From Candidatus Bipolaricaulota bacterium (GTDB lineage: Bacteria; Patescibacteriota; Patescibacteriia; UBA11705; DATKZF01): a DNA stretch of 64,000 nt. The position numbers and the translations under genes were made by a program. The DNA lies in contig DATKZF010000003.1 in assembly GCA_035528115.1 (NCBI GenBank), positions 22,699-86,698 of the forward strand. The letters run 5' to 3'. Below, one piece after another: positions 17,756 through 26,958 of the stretch (position 1 is the stretch's first letter; the number at the start of each line of letters is the position of its first letter). The notes beneath the pieces were generated by a model, which was not told the DNA's origin, did not search any database, and was given only the letters and a program-made list of their open reading frames with translations.

Positions 17756-18280
17756 TTATGACTTCCTAATCGCCGCGGCAAGACTTTTCCAGAAATGCAC
17801 ATCATCAAGCGCCTCAAAAAACGCTGCCGTATGCTCCCGGATAAGTTTTTCATTGGCCAGATAAATCAGCTTGGCGAGCCAATAATAAACGATAAGCAAC
17901 ATGATGATCAAATACAATCCTCCCCAAAACCACTTGTTGTTCAATGTCCAAAAAGAAACATTCACTTTCGCCACTTGCGAATATTGCCGGCCGTAAAAAT
18001 CATACGCCTTCAGTCTGACCAAATAATCTCCGTTGTCGAGCGTGCGCACCAGGTCGCGGCCTTCGTATGAAAAATCGTCGCTAAAATCCCACTCAAAAAC
18101 CAAATTCGCTTCATTCAAATTGTTTATTTTCGGTTCAAAATAAAAAGTGTTCCAATCAAGCTGTTTGATTCTGACGTAAACATTGCCGTCGCTTTGCATG
18201 CCGACTTGAGACGAAACAAACACTGCCGCGGCCAGCCAGGCGACCAGAAAAATAATTAAAATTTTTATTTTTGTTTTCAT
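17756..18280 (-). CDS. hypothetical secreted/membrane-anchored protein
   Basis: start at MKTKIKILIIFLVAWLAAAVFV (signal/TM); track ORF extends upstream through a repeat. Confidence 0.4.
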   Translation of the reverse strand: MKTKIKILIIFLVAWLAAAVFVSSQVGMQSDGNVYVRIKQLDWNTFYFEPKINNLNEANLVFEWDFSDDFSYEGRDLVRTLDNGDYLVRLKAYDFYGRQYSQVAKVNVSFWTLNNKWFWGGLYLIIMLLIVYYWLAKLIYLANEKLIREHTAAFFEALDDVHFWKSLAAAIRKS

Positions 18281-18350
18281 TTTGATTTTAGAAATTCGCC
18301 ACATCGAAATTCGATATTCGTAAGCGAAACGGGAAATTCGAAATTCGGAA

Positions 18351-18800
18351 TCAGTCCTCATGATAATTTTCCCATGTCTGTCCCAGCTTGGTCAACTGCC
18401 TGCAACATTTATCATATAAATCGATCAATTCTAAACAGGCGTCTCGACTATAAAATTTATTATAAAGATCCTTACACACCGATACATGATGAATTATTTC
18501 ATTTGATTCACCCGCGCAATCGTTCAAATATTTTCTCCAATTTTTCTTTTGATATCTTTTTGCAAATCCCTCCGCGATTAACGCCGGAGCCGCCTTGGAA
18601 GCTCTGCGCATCTGGCTCGCCAAATCAAATTTTTCATCATCAGGCAAAACCGGCACAATTTTTTCATGAACAATCAACATGGCTCGATATAAATTCTGAT
18701 AAACATTCAAATCCAAAAAACTCTTAATTGGTCCATATCGACGATTTTCGACGCCCGAATTTCCATTACGATTTTCGATTATCGACATAACGAATTTCAA
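18351..18800 (-). CDS. four-helix-bundle protein (23S rRNA IVS protein family), second copy
   Basis: 149 aa; LDLNVYQNLY...KFDLASQMRRASKAAPALIAEGFAKR...GESNEIIHH matches the same family. Confidence 0.65.
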   Translation of the reverse strand: MKFVMSIIENRNGNSGVENRRYGPIKSFLDLNVYQNLYRAMLIVHEKIVPVLPDDEKFDLASQMRRASKAAPALIAEGFAKRYQKKNWRKYLNDCAGESNEIIHHVSVCKDLYNKFYSRDACLELIDLYDKCCRQLTKLGQTWENYHED

Positions 18801-18801
18801 T

Positions 18802-19236
18802 TTATAATACTCTTAAGATTTTTAAGGCATGCTCAAAACCTTTAATGGCTTTGGCCGCTTCGCCGCGACGCAATTTGTAATCCGATTCATGCACGATTGT
18901 GTTTCTCAATTTATGCGCCCACCAAACATTTCTCAATTTTTCGTATTTGTAACAAGCGACTTTCAAACGTTGACCCAGGGTCTCGCCGGGCATGATCATT
19001 CCTTTCAAAACGAAATCCAGTAAATTATCCGCCTCGATAATCGCCACTCGCCACATGGCTTCGCTGTCTTTTGAAATCAAACTTTCAATTTCCACCCACT
19101 TGTCTTGTATTTGTTTGACGTCAATGTCTTCCGGCGGCCGGCGCCTGACCACAAACAAAATAATGACCACGACAAAAATCACTATCGCGCCGATTAAAAC
19201 GTCCAGCCATGAAAACTGCCAAGTTATGTCAAACAT
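18802..19236 (-). CDS. hypothetical membrane-anchored protein
   Basis: 144 aa; N-terminal TM (VLIGAIVIFVVVIILFVV). Confidence 0.4.
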   Translation of the reverse strand: MFDITWQFSWLDVLIGAIVIFVVVIILFVVRRRPPEDIDVKQIQDKWVEIESLISKDSEAMWRVAIIEADNLLDFVLKGMIMPGETLGQRLKVACYKYEKLRNVWWAHKLRNTIVHESDYKLRRGEAAKAIKGFEHALKILRVL

Positions 19237-19260
19237 AAATTCATAAATAAATAAACAAAG

Positions 19261-19394
19261 TTGTCATCTCGACCGCAGTCGTCCGAAGCCGCGGCGAAGG
19301 ATGACGGAGCGGAGAGATCTTTTCCAATTTTATTAAAAAGATTTCTCCATTTCGTTCTCCAGCCTGGCCGAGGGGTCGAAATGACAAAGACTAT
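19261..19394. repeat. MITE-like element family C (TIR ttgtcatctcgacc / ggtcgaaatgacaa)
   Basis: 14-bp terminal inverted repeats; internal gtcgtccgaagccgcggcgaaggatgac and gagagatcttttcc modules shared with copies at 30117, 31338 and 41994. Confidence 0.7.
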
Positions 19395-19400
19395 TATCGC

Positions 19401-20822
19401 TTAAAAACTCTGTTCAAACTGATGCGCCACTCTCAAAATGGTCGCTTCATCGAAATAATTGCCCAAAATCTGCAAACCGGTCGGGAATTCCCCGACTTGA
19501 TTCATGGGCACGGAAATGGCCGGCAACCCGGCCACGTTCGCGGACACCGTGTACACATCGGCCAAATACATTTGCAAAGGATCCTTCACTTTTTCACCGA
19601 TTTTAAACGCAATGCTCGGCGCGGTGGGCATTATGACCGCGTCGACTTTTTTGAAAGCCTTGGCAAAATCATGTTTGATCAGGGCTCGAACTTTTTGCGC
19701 TTGTTTGTAATACGCATCGCTGTAGCCTTCGGACAAAACATACGTGCCCATCATTATTCTTCTTTTAACTTCTTCTCCGAATCCGGCTTCTCTGGTTTTC
19801 AAGTACATGTTCATCAAATCGTCCGCTGCCGCTCTTTGCCCGTATTTGACGCCATCATATCTGGCCATATTGGAAGAGACTTCGGCTGACATTAAAATAT
19901 AATAAGCGGCCAAACTGTATTTGAAATAAGGCAATTCCACTCTTTTTATTTTCACTTTCAATTGTTCCAAAATCTTAATCGACTTTTTCAAATCATCAAA
20001 AACATTTCTATCCAGACCTTCGAAAAAACTTTCTTCCGGCAAGCCGATGGTCAGGCCTTTGAGCGGCTTTTCCAAATTTTGCAAAAAATCGTCTTGTCTG
20101 GAAACCGAAGTGGAATCAAACCTGTCTTGTCCATAAATGGTTTGCAAAATCATGGCCGCGTCTTCGGCCGTTTTGGCCAACGGCCCCACTTGGTCTAAGC
20201 TCGAAGCCATGGCCGCCACGCCATAGCGAGACACTCGGCCGTAAGTCGGTTTCAAACCCACGCAGCCGCACAGCGCCGCCGGTTGCCGCACCGAGCCGCC
20301 GGTATCCGTTCCCAAGGCTCCCAAACATTGATCATCGGCCACGGCCGCAGCCGAACCGCCTGATGAGCCTCCGGCCACGCGTTCCGGGTTAAACGGATTT
20401 TTAACCGCGCCGAAAGCGGAATTCTCGGTGGACGCTCCCATGGCGAATTCATCCAAATTCGTTTTGCCCAAATATACGGCATTCTGCTCGTTCAATTTCT
20501 CAATAACCGTCGCGTTGTACGGCGCCACGTAATTTCGCATAATCTTTGACGCGCAAGTGCAATGAACATCTTCAATCAAAATAATATCCTTGATCGCCAA
20601 AGGAATGCCTTCCAAAGTTTTCAGAGGCAGTCCGCTTGAAATTTTTTCATCGACAACTTTGGCGCGCGCCAGCGCGTCGCCTTCCATGACAGTTAAAAAA
20701 GCGTTTATCTCGGGCTGTCTTTTTTCTATTTGTTTCAAACAATCCTTGATCAATTCCGCGCAAGAAAATTCTTTTTCCCGCAGACCTCTTTGAGCTGATT
20801 TGATTGTTAATTTATTAAGCAT
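19401..20822 (-). CDS. gatA: Asp-tRNA(Asn)/Glu-tRNA(Gln) amidotransferase subunit A
   Basis: 473 aa; amidase signature GGSSGGSAAAVA; gatC is adjacent. Confidence 0.9.
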   Translation of the reverse strand: MLNKLTIKSAQRGLREKEFSCAELIKDCLKQIEKRQPEINAFLTVMEGDALARAKVVDEKISSGLPLKTLEGIPLAIKDIILIEDVHCTCASKIMRNYVAPYNATVIEKLNEQNAVYLGKTNLDEFAMGASTENSAFGAVKNPFNPERVAGGSSGGSAAAVADDQCLGALGTDTGGSVRQPAALCGCVGLKPTYGRVSRYGVAAMASSLDQVGPLAKTAEDAAMILQTIYGQDRFDSTSVSRQDDFLQNLEKPLKGLTIGLPEESFFEGLDRNVFDDLKKSIKILEQLKVKIKRVELPYFKYSLAAYYILMSAEVSSNMARYDGVKYGQRAAADDLMNMYLKTREAGFGEEVKRRIMMGTYVLSEGYSDAYYKQAQKVRALIKHDFAKAFKKVDAVIMPTAPSIAFKIGEKVKDPLQMYLADVYTVSANVAGLPAISVPMNQVGEFPTGLQILGNYFDEATILRVAHQFEQSF

Positions 20823-20882
20823 AGTTACAAATTACATTCGACTAATTAGCTTCCAGGCTGTTGTTACAAATTACATTCGCCC
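20822..20882. repeat. MITE-like family A fragment
   Basis: agttacaaattacattcg ... tgttacaaattacattcgc. Confidence 0.55.
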
Positions 20883-20892
20883 CGCAGGCGCC

Positions 20893-21276
20893 TTAATGCA
20901 AATTCAAAATCCTTCTAAATCTCAATGTTTTTTTCGCAAATAACGCAAGTATTCCCAATTTTAAACCTGTTTGTCCGAGATATCCATGGACTTGCGCAAA
21001 ATCATTGTTCGCAAAACTCTCTCCCCTTTTTATTTCCAAAACAATTTTCTCTTCGATGATGAAATCCGGCACATAACAACCTATTCTTTCGTCTCTATAT
21101 TTGATAGAAATTGTCTTCTGACTGACGCAATTTATATGTGAATCCTTAAACGCTTTTTCCAACGCCCGTTGATAATATTTTTCTTGCAATTGTCCGCCCA
21201 ATTCGGAATGGACATTTTTCAGCGCCCCCACGATTTTAAAACTGAGATATTTATAAATAATTTTACTTTCTTTCAT
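20893..21276 (-). CDS. GxxExxY protein (PD-(D/E)XK-like, rRNA-IVS-associated family)
   Basis: start MKESKIIY with SD; YxxLSFKIVGAL...Y..AL..E...VPDFIIEEKIVLEIK pattern is typical of the GxxExxY family. Confidence 0.6.
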   Translation of the reverse strand: MKESKIIYKYLSFKIVGALKNVHSELGGQLQEKYYQRALEKAFKDSHINCVSQKTISIKYRDERIGCYVPDFIIEEKIVLEIKRGESFANNDFAQVHGYLGQTGLKLGILALFAKKTLRFRRILNLH

Positions 21277-21296
21277 TTTAATTTCTCCTAAAAATA

Positions 21297-21390
21297 TTGT
21301 AATTCGTAACATTTATTAATCGGCCACCCAGATCATTGTACTTCGTAACAAATTACCTGAAAGCTTCACAGAATATTGTAATTCGTAACA
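21297..21390. repeat. MITE-like element family A
   Basis: ttgtaattcgtaaca ... acctgaaagct ... ttgtaattcgtaaca. Confidence 0.65.
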
Positions 21391-21391
21391 C

Positions 21392-21685
21392 TCATTTTTT
21401 CCCCCGCATCACTCCTTGCACCCTAATCTGCCCACTCTCAACTTCCGGCGCCTGACCGAGTAATTTTTCCGCCGAATAAATCAAATGAACTTCGTCCTCG
21501 CGACTGACATTGCTCAAGCCGGTGATATGCGAAACCGGTTCGATATTGCTCAAATCGATTGACTTTAATTCTTCGAAATATTTGAAAACTTCACCGATTT
21601 GCTTGGCGTATTTTTCTTTTTCTTCCTCGCTTATCCCGAGCCTGGCCAAGATCGCCAGCCTCTCTATCAACTCCTTATTTATCAT
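21392..21685 (-). CDS. gatC: Asp/Glu-tRNA amidotransferase subunit C
   Basis: 97 aa; LAILARLGISEEEKEKY... is typical of GatC. Confidence 0.85.
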   Translation of the reverse strand: MINKELIERLAILARLGISEEEKEKYAKQIGEVFKYFEELKSIDLSNIEPVSHITGLSNVSREDEVHLIYSAEKLLGQAPEVESGQIRVQGVMRGKK

Positions 21686-21968
21686 AAAATTTCGATTTGC
21701 TTGAAGTAAGAAATCTATTGGAATTATAGCACATTTTCATGAAGCATGGAACATGCCTGCCCGCCGTAGCTTAAGAGCGAAGGCGGGAAGCATGGAGCAT
21801 GAAACAGAGGCAGATAAGCTATGTTTTCGTAAATTTTGTAAATTCCTGTAGTTTCGCAGTCAAAATTCGTAACTATTCGTAATTATTAATAATGAATTTA
21901 ACTGGATTTGATTTGTAATCATTTGCAATTTATTTTTTACTAAAATAAGCTAAAAAAGCTCAGAAACA

Positions 21969-22000
21969 TTGACTAAAATTAGATTTTATGCTATTATAAT
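21969..22000 (+). promoter_or_regulatory. sigma70-type promoter TTGACT-17-TATTAT driving the high-GC island
   Basis: ttgact at 21969-21974, 17-nt spacer, tattat(aat) at 21992-22000; lies in AT-rich host-like DNA immediately before the GC jump. Confidence 0.5.
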
Positions 22001-22095
22001 ATGTTATTCTGCGCGAATCAGCCGGACAAAACAAAGCTTTTCGCGACAGAATATTGTTTTTCACGCGGTGGAAACCGCCAAATTAGGAGGGAAGG

Positions 22096-22569
22096 ATGAA
22101 TCTGCTGAACGAGATCACTCGATTCACCTGCAATCTGTTCGACGACGACGACCGCGACCCCGAGTTCTTCGGAATGCACGAGGTCGGGCGGCGCGGCGAC
22201 GCTCTGCCCTTCATCGGGGACGTCGCGCGGCAGATCGCGGACGAGGACGGAGACGGAGACGATGAGTTCGTCTACCGGCCCAACGCCCCGATCGAGGGGC
22301 CGCTTCCCCGCCGGTCGGCCGATCCGCCCGCGGCCAAGCCCATTTTCTGCTCGGTCATCCCTCCCTTCACCAACCGCCCGACGAAGCGGGGCATGTACCA
22401 GCGCACTCGCAGTCTGCCCGCGGACTCGCTCCGCGAGTGCAAACCCCGACGGGACTCGAACTGGAAGGACTCCGGGGCTGAGCGCCAGTTCGTCCGTCAC
22501 ACGGGACGCCGCGGACGGATCATGACCATCCGCGACCCCGCGCTCGTCGACAACGACGCGATCGGTTAG
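22096..22569 (+). CDS. hypothetical protein (high-GC island ORF1, Asp-rich, no signal peptide)
   Basis: 157 aa; AGGAGG 7 nt upstream of ATG; antisense ORFs in this region judged to be GC artefacts. Confidence 0.4.
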   Translation: MNLLNEITRFTCNLFDDDDRDPEFFGMHEVGRRGDALPFIGDVARQIADEDGDGDDEFVYRPNAPIEGPLPRRSADPPAAKPIFCSVIPPFTNRPTKRGMYQRTRSLPADSLRECKPRRDSNWKDSGAERQFVRHTGRRGRIMTIRDPALVDNDAIG

Positions 22570-22717
22570 CCCACCTGTTCTTTCCCACCTTTCGCCCAAC
22601 CTCATTCGTTGGGCTCCAATCCTTGCTTGATATAATCACATAGCGGGCAAAGATCGGAGATTGTTCCGAAACACCCACCATGCTTCCCGCTGAGAGCGGG
22701 AAAAGAGGAGATGCTAG

Positions 22718-25700
22718 ATGAAACGGATGATCGTGTGTCTTATGGTTGTTCTTCTGGCCGCAAGCTGCGGCAACAGCGCGTCCACCCGCAAGGTGGAAAC
22801 CGACGCCGGTCCCGCGCTCGAATGCGGGGAGGGCACCATCAAAGTGGACGGAGAATGCCGTCCGAAAGACGAACTCTGCAACGGCATCGACGACGACGGG
22901 GACGGAGTGACGGACGAACAGTGCGTCATCCCTCCCAGCAACGTGGCCTGTGGCGCGGGTACCATCCTCGTAGATGGGGAATGCGTTCCCCTGCCAAATC
23001 AGGACTACGATGAGGACAACGACGGCTTCTCGCCGTTCGAAGGCGACTGCAACGACGACGATCCGACCATCAACCCGACGGCGACCGAAGTCTGTGATGA
23101 ACTGGACAACAATTGCGACGGGCAGGTAGACGAGGACGATCCGTCGCAGGACGATTTCTGCATCTCGATGAACCAGTACAACGGCAATTACGTTGCCGTT
23201 CAGGGTACGGAGAGGTGCCATGGGATCGCCGGCATGATCTGCACGCCGCTACCGGTCGAGCTATGCCGGCAAAACGCAGAAATCTGCGACAATGCTCTCG
23301 ACGACAACTGCGACGGCGTGGTGGACGAGGGCTGCGACCCCGACTTTGACTTTGACAAAGACGGCTTCAGTCCGTTCGACGGAGACTGCGACGACGACAA
23401 CCGCGACATCCATCCGGATGCCATCGAAAGCTGCAACGGCCTGGACGACGACTGCGACGGCCAGATCGACGAGGGCTACCCGATCCAGTTTTTCCTCCGC
23501 GACGCGGATGGAGACGGGCACGGAGATCCCGAAAACATGATTCAGGCCGCCGACTGTCTCTCCGCGCCGTACGGATACATCGACTGGATCGTCGACCTTG
23601 ACAACGACTGCGACGACAGCGACAGTCACGTCAACCCCGCGGCCATCGAGTACTGCAACAACATCGACGATGACTGCGACGGCGCGACCGACGAGGACGA
23701 CCCGGATATGGGTATTGCCTGCACGGCCGTGCTGAGTCTGCACGACCACGACGTGCCGATCCTCGGCGTCAACCTCTGTGAGAACGGAGAGATGCTGTGC
23801 ACGCCTCCGCCGCTGGAAGAATGCCAGCTGCAGACGGAAATCTGCGGCGACATCTACGACAACAACTGCGACGGGCAGGTGGACGAGGACTGTGAAGAAG
23901 ATGGGGCCCCGCACTACTGCGAGCCGGTCTACACCAACTACGGCATCCTGATCGGCTACCGCGGCTGTTGCGGCGCCAGCCCGCTGACTACTACTCATCC
24001 CGAAGCGGGCATGTTGATCAAGACGCATGAGTACAGCTCAGTGTACTACTACGCCAGTGACGGATTCAGGTATGTCTTCCCGACTACGCTCGAGCTAGAT
24101 TCCTGGTACTCTCCCCTCGACGAATACGGCATCCCCGTTTCGCCCAACGAGGAGATCTGCCAGCAGGTCTACGACGTTTCACTCCTTGTGTTGGCATCGA
24201 TTCCAATGGGCATGAAAAACGTCACCCTTCGTCCCGGAGCATTCGTCACCGGAAGCACGACGGACTCGAGCCAGCGCTACGTGGTGGATCACTGCGCGAC
24301 GCGGAAAGAAGTCGATCCGATCACCGTGCTGGATGAGATCTACTCGTCCAACTACGGGTCGACCGCCTGGGAGCGAACGCACCCGGTGTGGAATGTCATG
24401 TGGGGCATGTACACGACCGGTCAGACAGTCACCTCCGCCGATAATTTCGACTGGCTGGAAACATACCAGTCGGCAACCATCGAAGAGGAGCTGGGAATCA
24501 GCGGGATGTGCGTCGACCAGGACGGCGACGGCTACAGCCCATTCGCGGGCGATTGCGACGACGGAAATGATTCGCTCTTTCCCGGCGCGCAGGAACTCTG
24601 CGACGGGATTGACAATAACTGCGACGGCGAAACCGACGAAGATTTCGCCGAGTATCTCGGCCAGCCATGCAGAGGATACGCCCGTAACGGTGAATTCCTC
24701 GATGGCTACTGTTCCGAGATCGGGACAGTCGTTTGCCATAACAACCTCGCGCTCAGGTGTTCATCCGCTGACGAAAATTCGCGGTGGACAACCGATTACA
24801 ACTGGTCGTTGCCCGAAGTCTGCGGCAACAGCCTCGACGACAACTGCGACGGGCAGGTGGATGAAGGCTGCGACCAGCCGCCGGACGGAGTGAGCTTCTG
24901 CGAAGTCGACGATGACTGCGCGGATGCCGCCTGGGGCCAGTACTGCGTGTATTCGCTAGTACTGGATGCCAGCTTCTGCCAGGCTTGTCGGCAAGACGTC
25001 GACCCCGTGGACATGTCTCAATGGGAGTCTGTCGGATGCGGTGGTCAGACGCCAATCTGCGCATGGGGAGTCCAAACCGTACCCGTAAGCGATGCGTTTC
25101 CCGATGGGTATGCGCCGTTCTACTGGTGCGTGGAATGCGTCCTCGACACGGACTGCACACCGGGGTTCATCTGCTCGCAAGACAATTTCGTCTGCGAGCA
25201 GCAAGCCGCCGCCGCGACTTTGACTGTCGATGTCGCCGGCATGCCGGCTTCCGGCAATACCTACGTCAAAGGCACTGACGGAGTTCCGGCCGTAGGATTC
25301 ATCTTCACGGCCGGCGATTCCGCTGACGCGCTGGTCAATTCCGTGAAATTGACGGTGTACCTCGACAACAACCAAAACGGCTTTAGCGATACCGCGGATG
25401 TCGATGACACTTCGGGCGCCCAAAACGTTTTGGCGACAGTCACCATCTACGACGCAGGGACTCCGACAACCCCGCTGGCCGACGCCAAGAACCTGACAGT
25501 CAATGCCAGCGACATCACCGTTCAGTTCGACTCGTTGAACTGGACAGTCCCATCAGGCAGTACAAAAGCTCTGTTGGTCAAAGCGACGTTGTCGACCACA
25601 GCTCCTTTGAGCGGAGATGACGACGATTTCGCCTTGACGATCCAGGAGTCTGGCGATGTTGACGCCGAAGATGGCAATGGCACGGCGGTCAATGTCGTTC

Positions 25701-26719
25701 TGCAAAACGGCAACCAGGAACCGGATGTCTGGCAAACCGCAACCGGTGGCGGCATCCTGGACCTGACCGAAGCAACAAGCACACCCGTCTCATCCTTGCT
25801 CGTGGCCGGCACCTCGAACAACCTGGTTTCCGTGGTCGAATTCGCTTCGACCGGCGAAGCCTTCATCGTCGAGAGAATGCAGGTCTACGATGCCGACGGC
25901 AATGGCTATGATGAGATCGGTGCCGTCAGAGTAAGCTATACGAACAGCCTCGGCGAGACCGAAGCCAAGGCCGCGATCCCGGACATGAACGGGATTGCAA
26001 TTTTCAACAACTTGGACATCTATGTCCCGAAAGATGCGGCCGCGGATGTCCGGATCTTTACGGATCTGAACACGGTCGCGGGTAGCGCGGACAATGGCGA
26101 TTCAATCAGACTCACGGTGGCCGAATCCGCGAACTTCAGAGCGGTCGGACGAGAGTCGGGGGTCGTCGTCATCGACACGGCGGCTGCAGCTGACCCTGAG
26201 GTCAACAGCCACTACGTGTTCGAGTCCGTACCGAGTGTTGCCTTCGCGGTGGACACTCCGTCCGGAAATCTGATCCCGAGCGCCAACACTTTGTTGGCTA
26301 AATTAGCGGTCACCGCTGACGGCGCGAAGGACATCACGTTCGACGCGGCTACCGGCGATATTACTTTCAAGATCAGCTCTTCTTGCGCCGGCACGGCGAC
26401 AGGAGATGTTTACTTGAAAGACGCAGATGGAACCACTTTGGCTACACCCACCGCTATCGCTCCGTGTTCCGCCACCAGCGTTAAGTTCCTTTTCGAAGAT
26501 GTTACCACCGACTGGAGAGTTCCGGCCGGCGAGACCAAGTACTTGTATGTTTGGGGTGATACGTCAATGATGACGTCTCAGGGCGATTCCATCCAGCTCT
26601 GGTTGGATGACGCTTCAAATGCAAACTTCACTTGGAGCATCAACGGAATCGGCACTTACCAACATGCTGACATCCTCTTTAGAGGCGATAAGTATGGCGG
26701 TCTGTTGCTCAAGCCATAG
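22718..26719 (+). CDS. giant lipoprotein with about 10 MopE-type putative metal-binding repeats (CxxxDDDCDGxxDE) and C-terminal beta-rich repeats
   Basis: 1333 aa; lipoprotein signal MKRMIVCLMVVLLAASC; repeated DxDGDGxSPFxGDCDDxxxxxxPxAxExCDGxDNDCDGxxDE units; C-terminal half Thr/Val/Ala-rich tandem modules. Confidence 0.7.
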   Translation: MKRMIVCLMVVLLAASCGNSASTRKVETDAGPALECGEGTIKVDGECRPKDELCNGIDDDGDGVTDEQCVIPPSNVACGAGTILVDGECVPLPNQDYDEDNDGFSPFEGDCNDDDPTINPTATEVCDELDNNCDGQVDEDDPSQDDFCISMNQYNGNYVAVQGTERCHGIAGMICTPLPVELCRQNAEICDNALDDNCDGVVDEGCDPDFDFDKDGFSPFDGDCDDDNRDIHPDAIESCNGLDDDCDGQIDEGYPIQFFLRDADGDGHGDPENMIQAADCLSAPYGYIDWIVDLDNDCDDSDSHVNPAAIEYCNNIDDDCDGATDEDDPDMGIACTAVLSLHDHDVPILGVNLCENGEMLCTPPPLEECQLQTEICGDIYDNNCDGQVDEDCEEDGAPHYCEPVYTNYGILIGYRGCCGASPLTTTHPEAGMLIKTHEYSSVYYYASDGFRYVFPTTLELDSWYSPLDEYGIPVSPNEEICQQVYDVSLLVLASIPMGMKNVTLRPGAFVTGSTTDSSQRYVVDHCATRKEVDPITVLDEIYSSNYGSTAWERTHPVWNVMWGMYTTGQTVTSADNFDWLETYQSATIEEELGISGMCVDQDGDGYSPFAGDCDDGNDSLFPGAQELCDGIDNNCDGETDEDFAEYLGQPCRGYARNGEFLDGYCSEIGTVVCHNNLALRCSSADENSRWTTDYNWSLPEVCGNSLDDNCDGQVDEGCDQPPDGVSFCEVDDDCADAAWGQYCVYSLVLDASFCQACRQDVDPVDMSQWESVGCGGQTPICAWGVQTVPVSDAFPDGYAPFYWCVECVLDTDCTPGFICSQDNFVCEQQAAAATLTVDVAGMPASGNTYVKGTDGVPAVGFIFTAGDSADALVNSVKLTVYLDNNQNGFSDTADVDDTSGAQNVLATVTIYDAGTPTTPLADAKNLTVNASDITVQFDSLNWTVPSGSTKALLVKATLSTTAPLSGDDDDFALTIQESGDVDAEDGNGTAVNVVLQNGNQEPDVWQTATGGGILDLTEATSTPVSSLLVAGTSNNLVSVVEFASTGEAFIVERMQVYDADGNGYDEIGAVRVSYTNSLGETEAKAAIPDMNGIAIFNNLDIYVPKDAAADVRIFTDLNTVAGSADNGDSIRLTVAESANFRAVGRESGVVVIDTAAAADPEVNSHYVFESVPSVAFAVDTPSGNLIPSANTLLAKLAVTADGAKDITFDAATGDITFKISSSCAGTATGDVYLKDADGTTLATPTAIAPCSATSVKFLFEDVTTDWRVPAGETKYLYVWGDTSMMTSQGDSIQLWLDDASNANFTWSINGIGTYQHADILFRGDKYGGLLLKP

Positions 26720-26771
26720 AGCGCCCTTTTCCGCCCAACCGTCCATGACGGTTGAGGCAAGGAGACACGAA

Positions 26772-26808
26772 AAAACGCCTTCCGGATCACTCTGGAAGGC
26801 GTTTCTAA
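26772..26808 (+). terminator. rho-independent terminator (copy 1 of a duplicated terminator)
   Basis: gaaaaaacgccttccggatcactctggaaggcgtttctaatttt; 9-bp stem acgccttcc/ggaaggcgt plus T-run. Confidence 0.7.
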
Positions 26809-26958
26809 TTTTAAAATCACCATTGACATATTCCTCAAACTGTGCAAAAATATGAATTCCGCGGATAATTGCCATTCAAGCCTTGTTTATTTGCTAAAAT
26901 AAGCGGGGCTTGGGTAGTAATTCGTGTTCAACGGCTTTCCAATAGGAGGGAAAAAGCC

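Noticed and set aside
16317-19236. queH / YvlD-like / four-helix-bundle cluster as a prophage remnant (the holin-family name)
   Set aside because: PF04020/YvlD proteins are widespread chromosomal membrane proteins. No phage structural, integrase or lysis partners are nearby.
22018-25446. Long antisense and alternative-frame ORFs throughout the GC-rich island (e.g. 22018..22605 -, 22520..23221 -, 23261..24028 -, 24179..24739 -, 24333..24893 +, 26973..27842 +)
   Set aside because: High-GC DNA lacks stop codons in all frames. The plus-strand frame chosen has RBSs, lipoprotein signals and a coherent repeat-domain architecture, while the alternatives are Arg/Pro/Ser-rich low-complexity translations.
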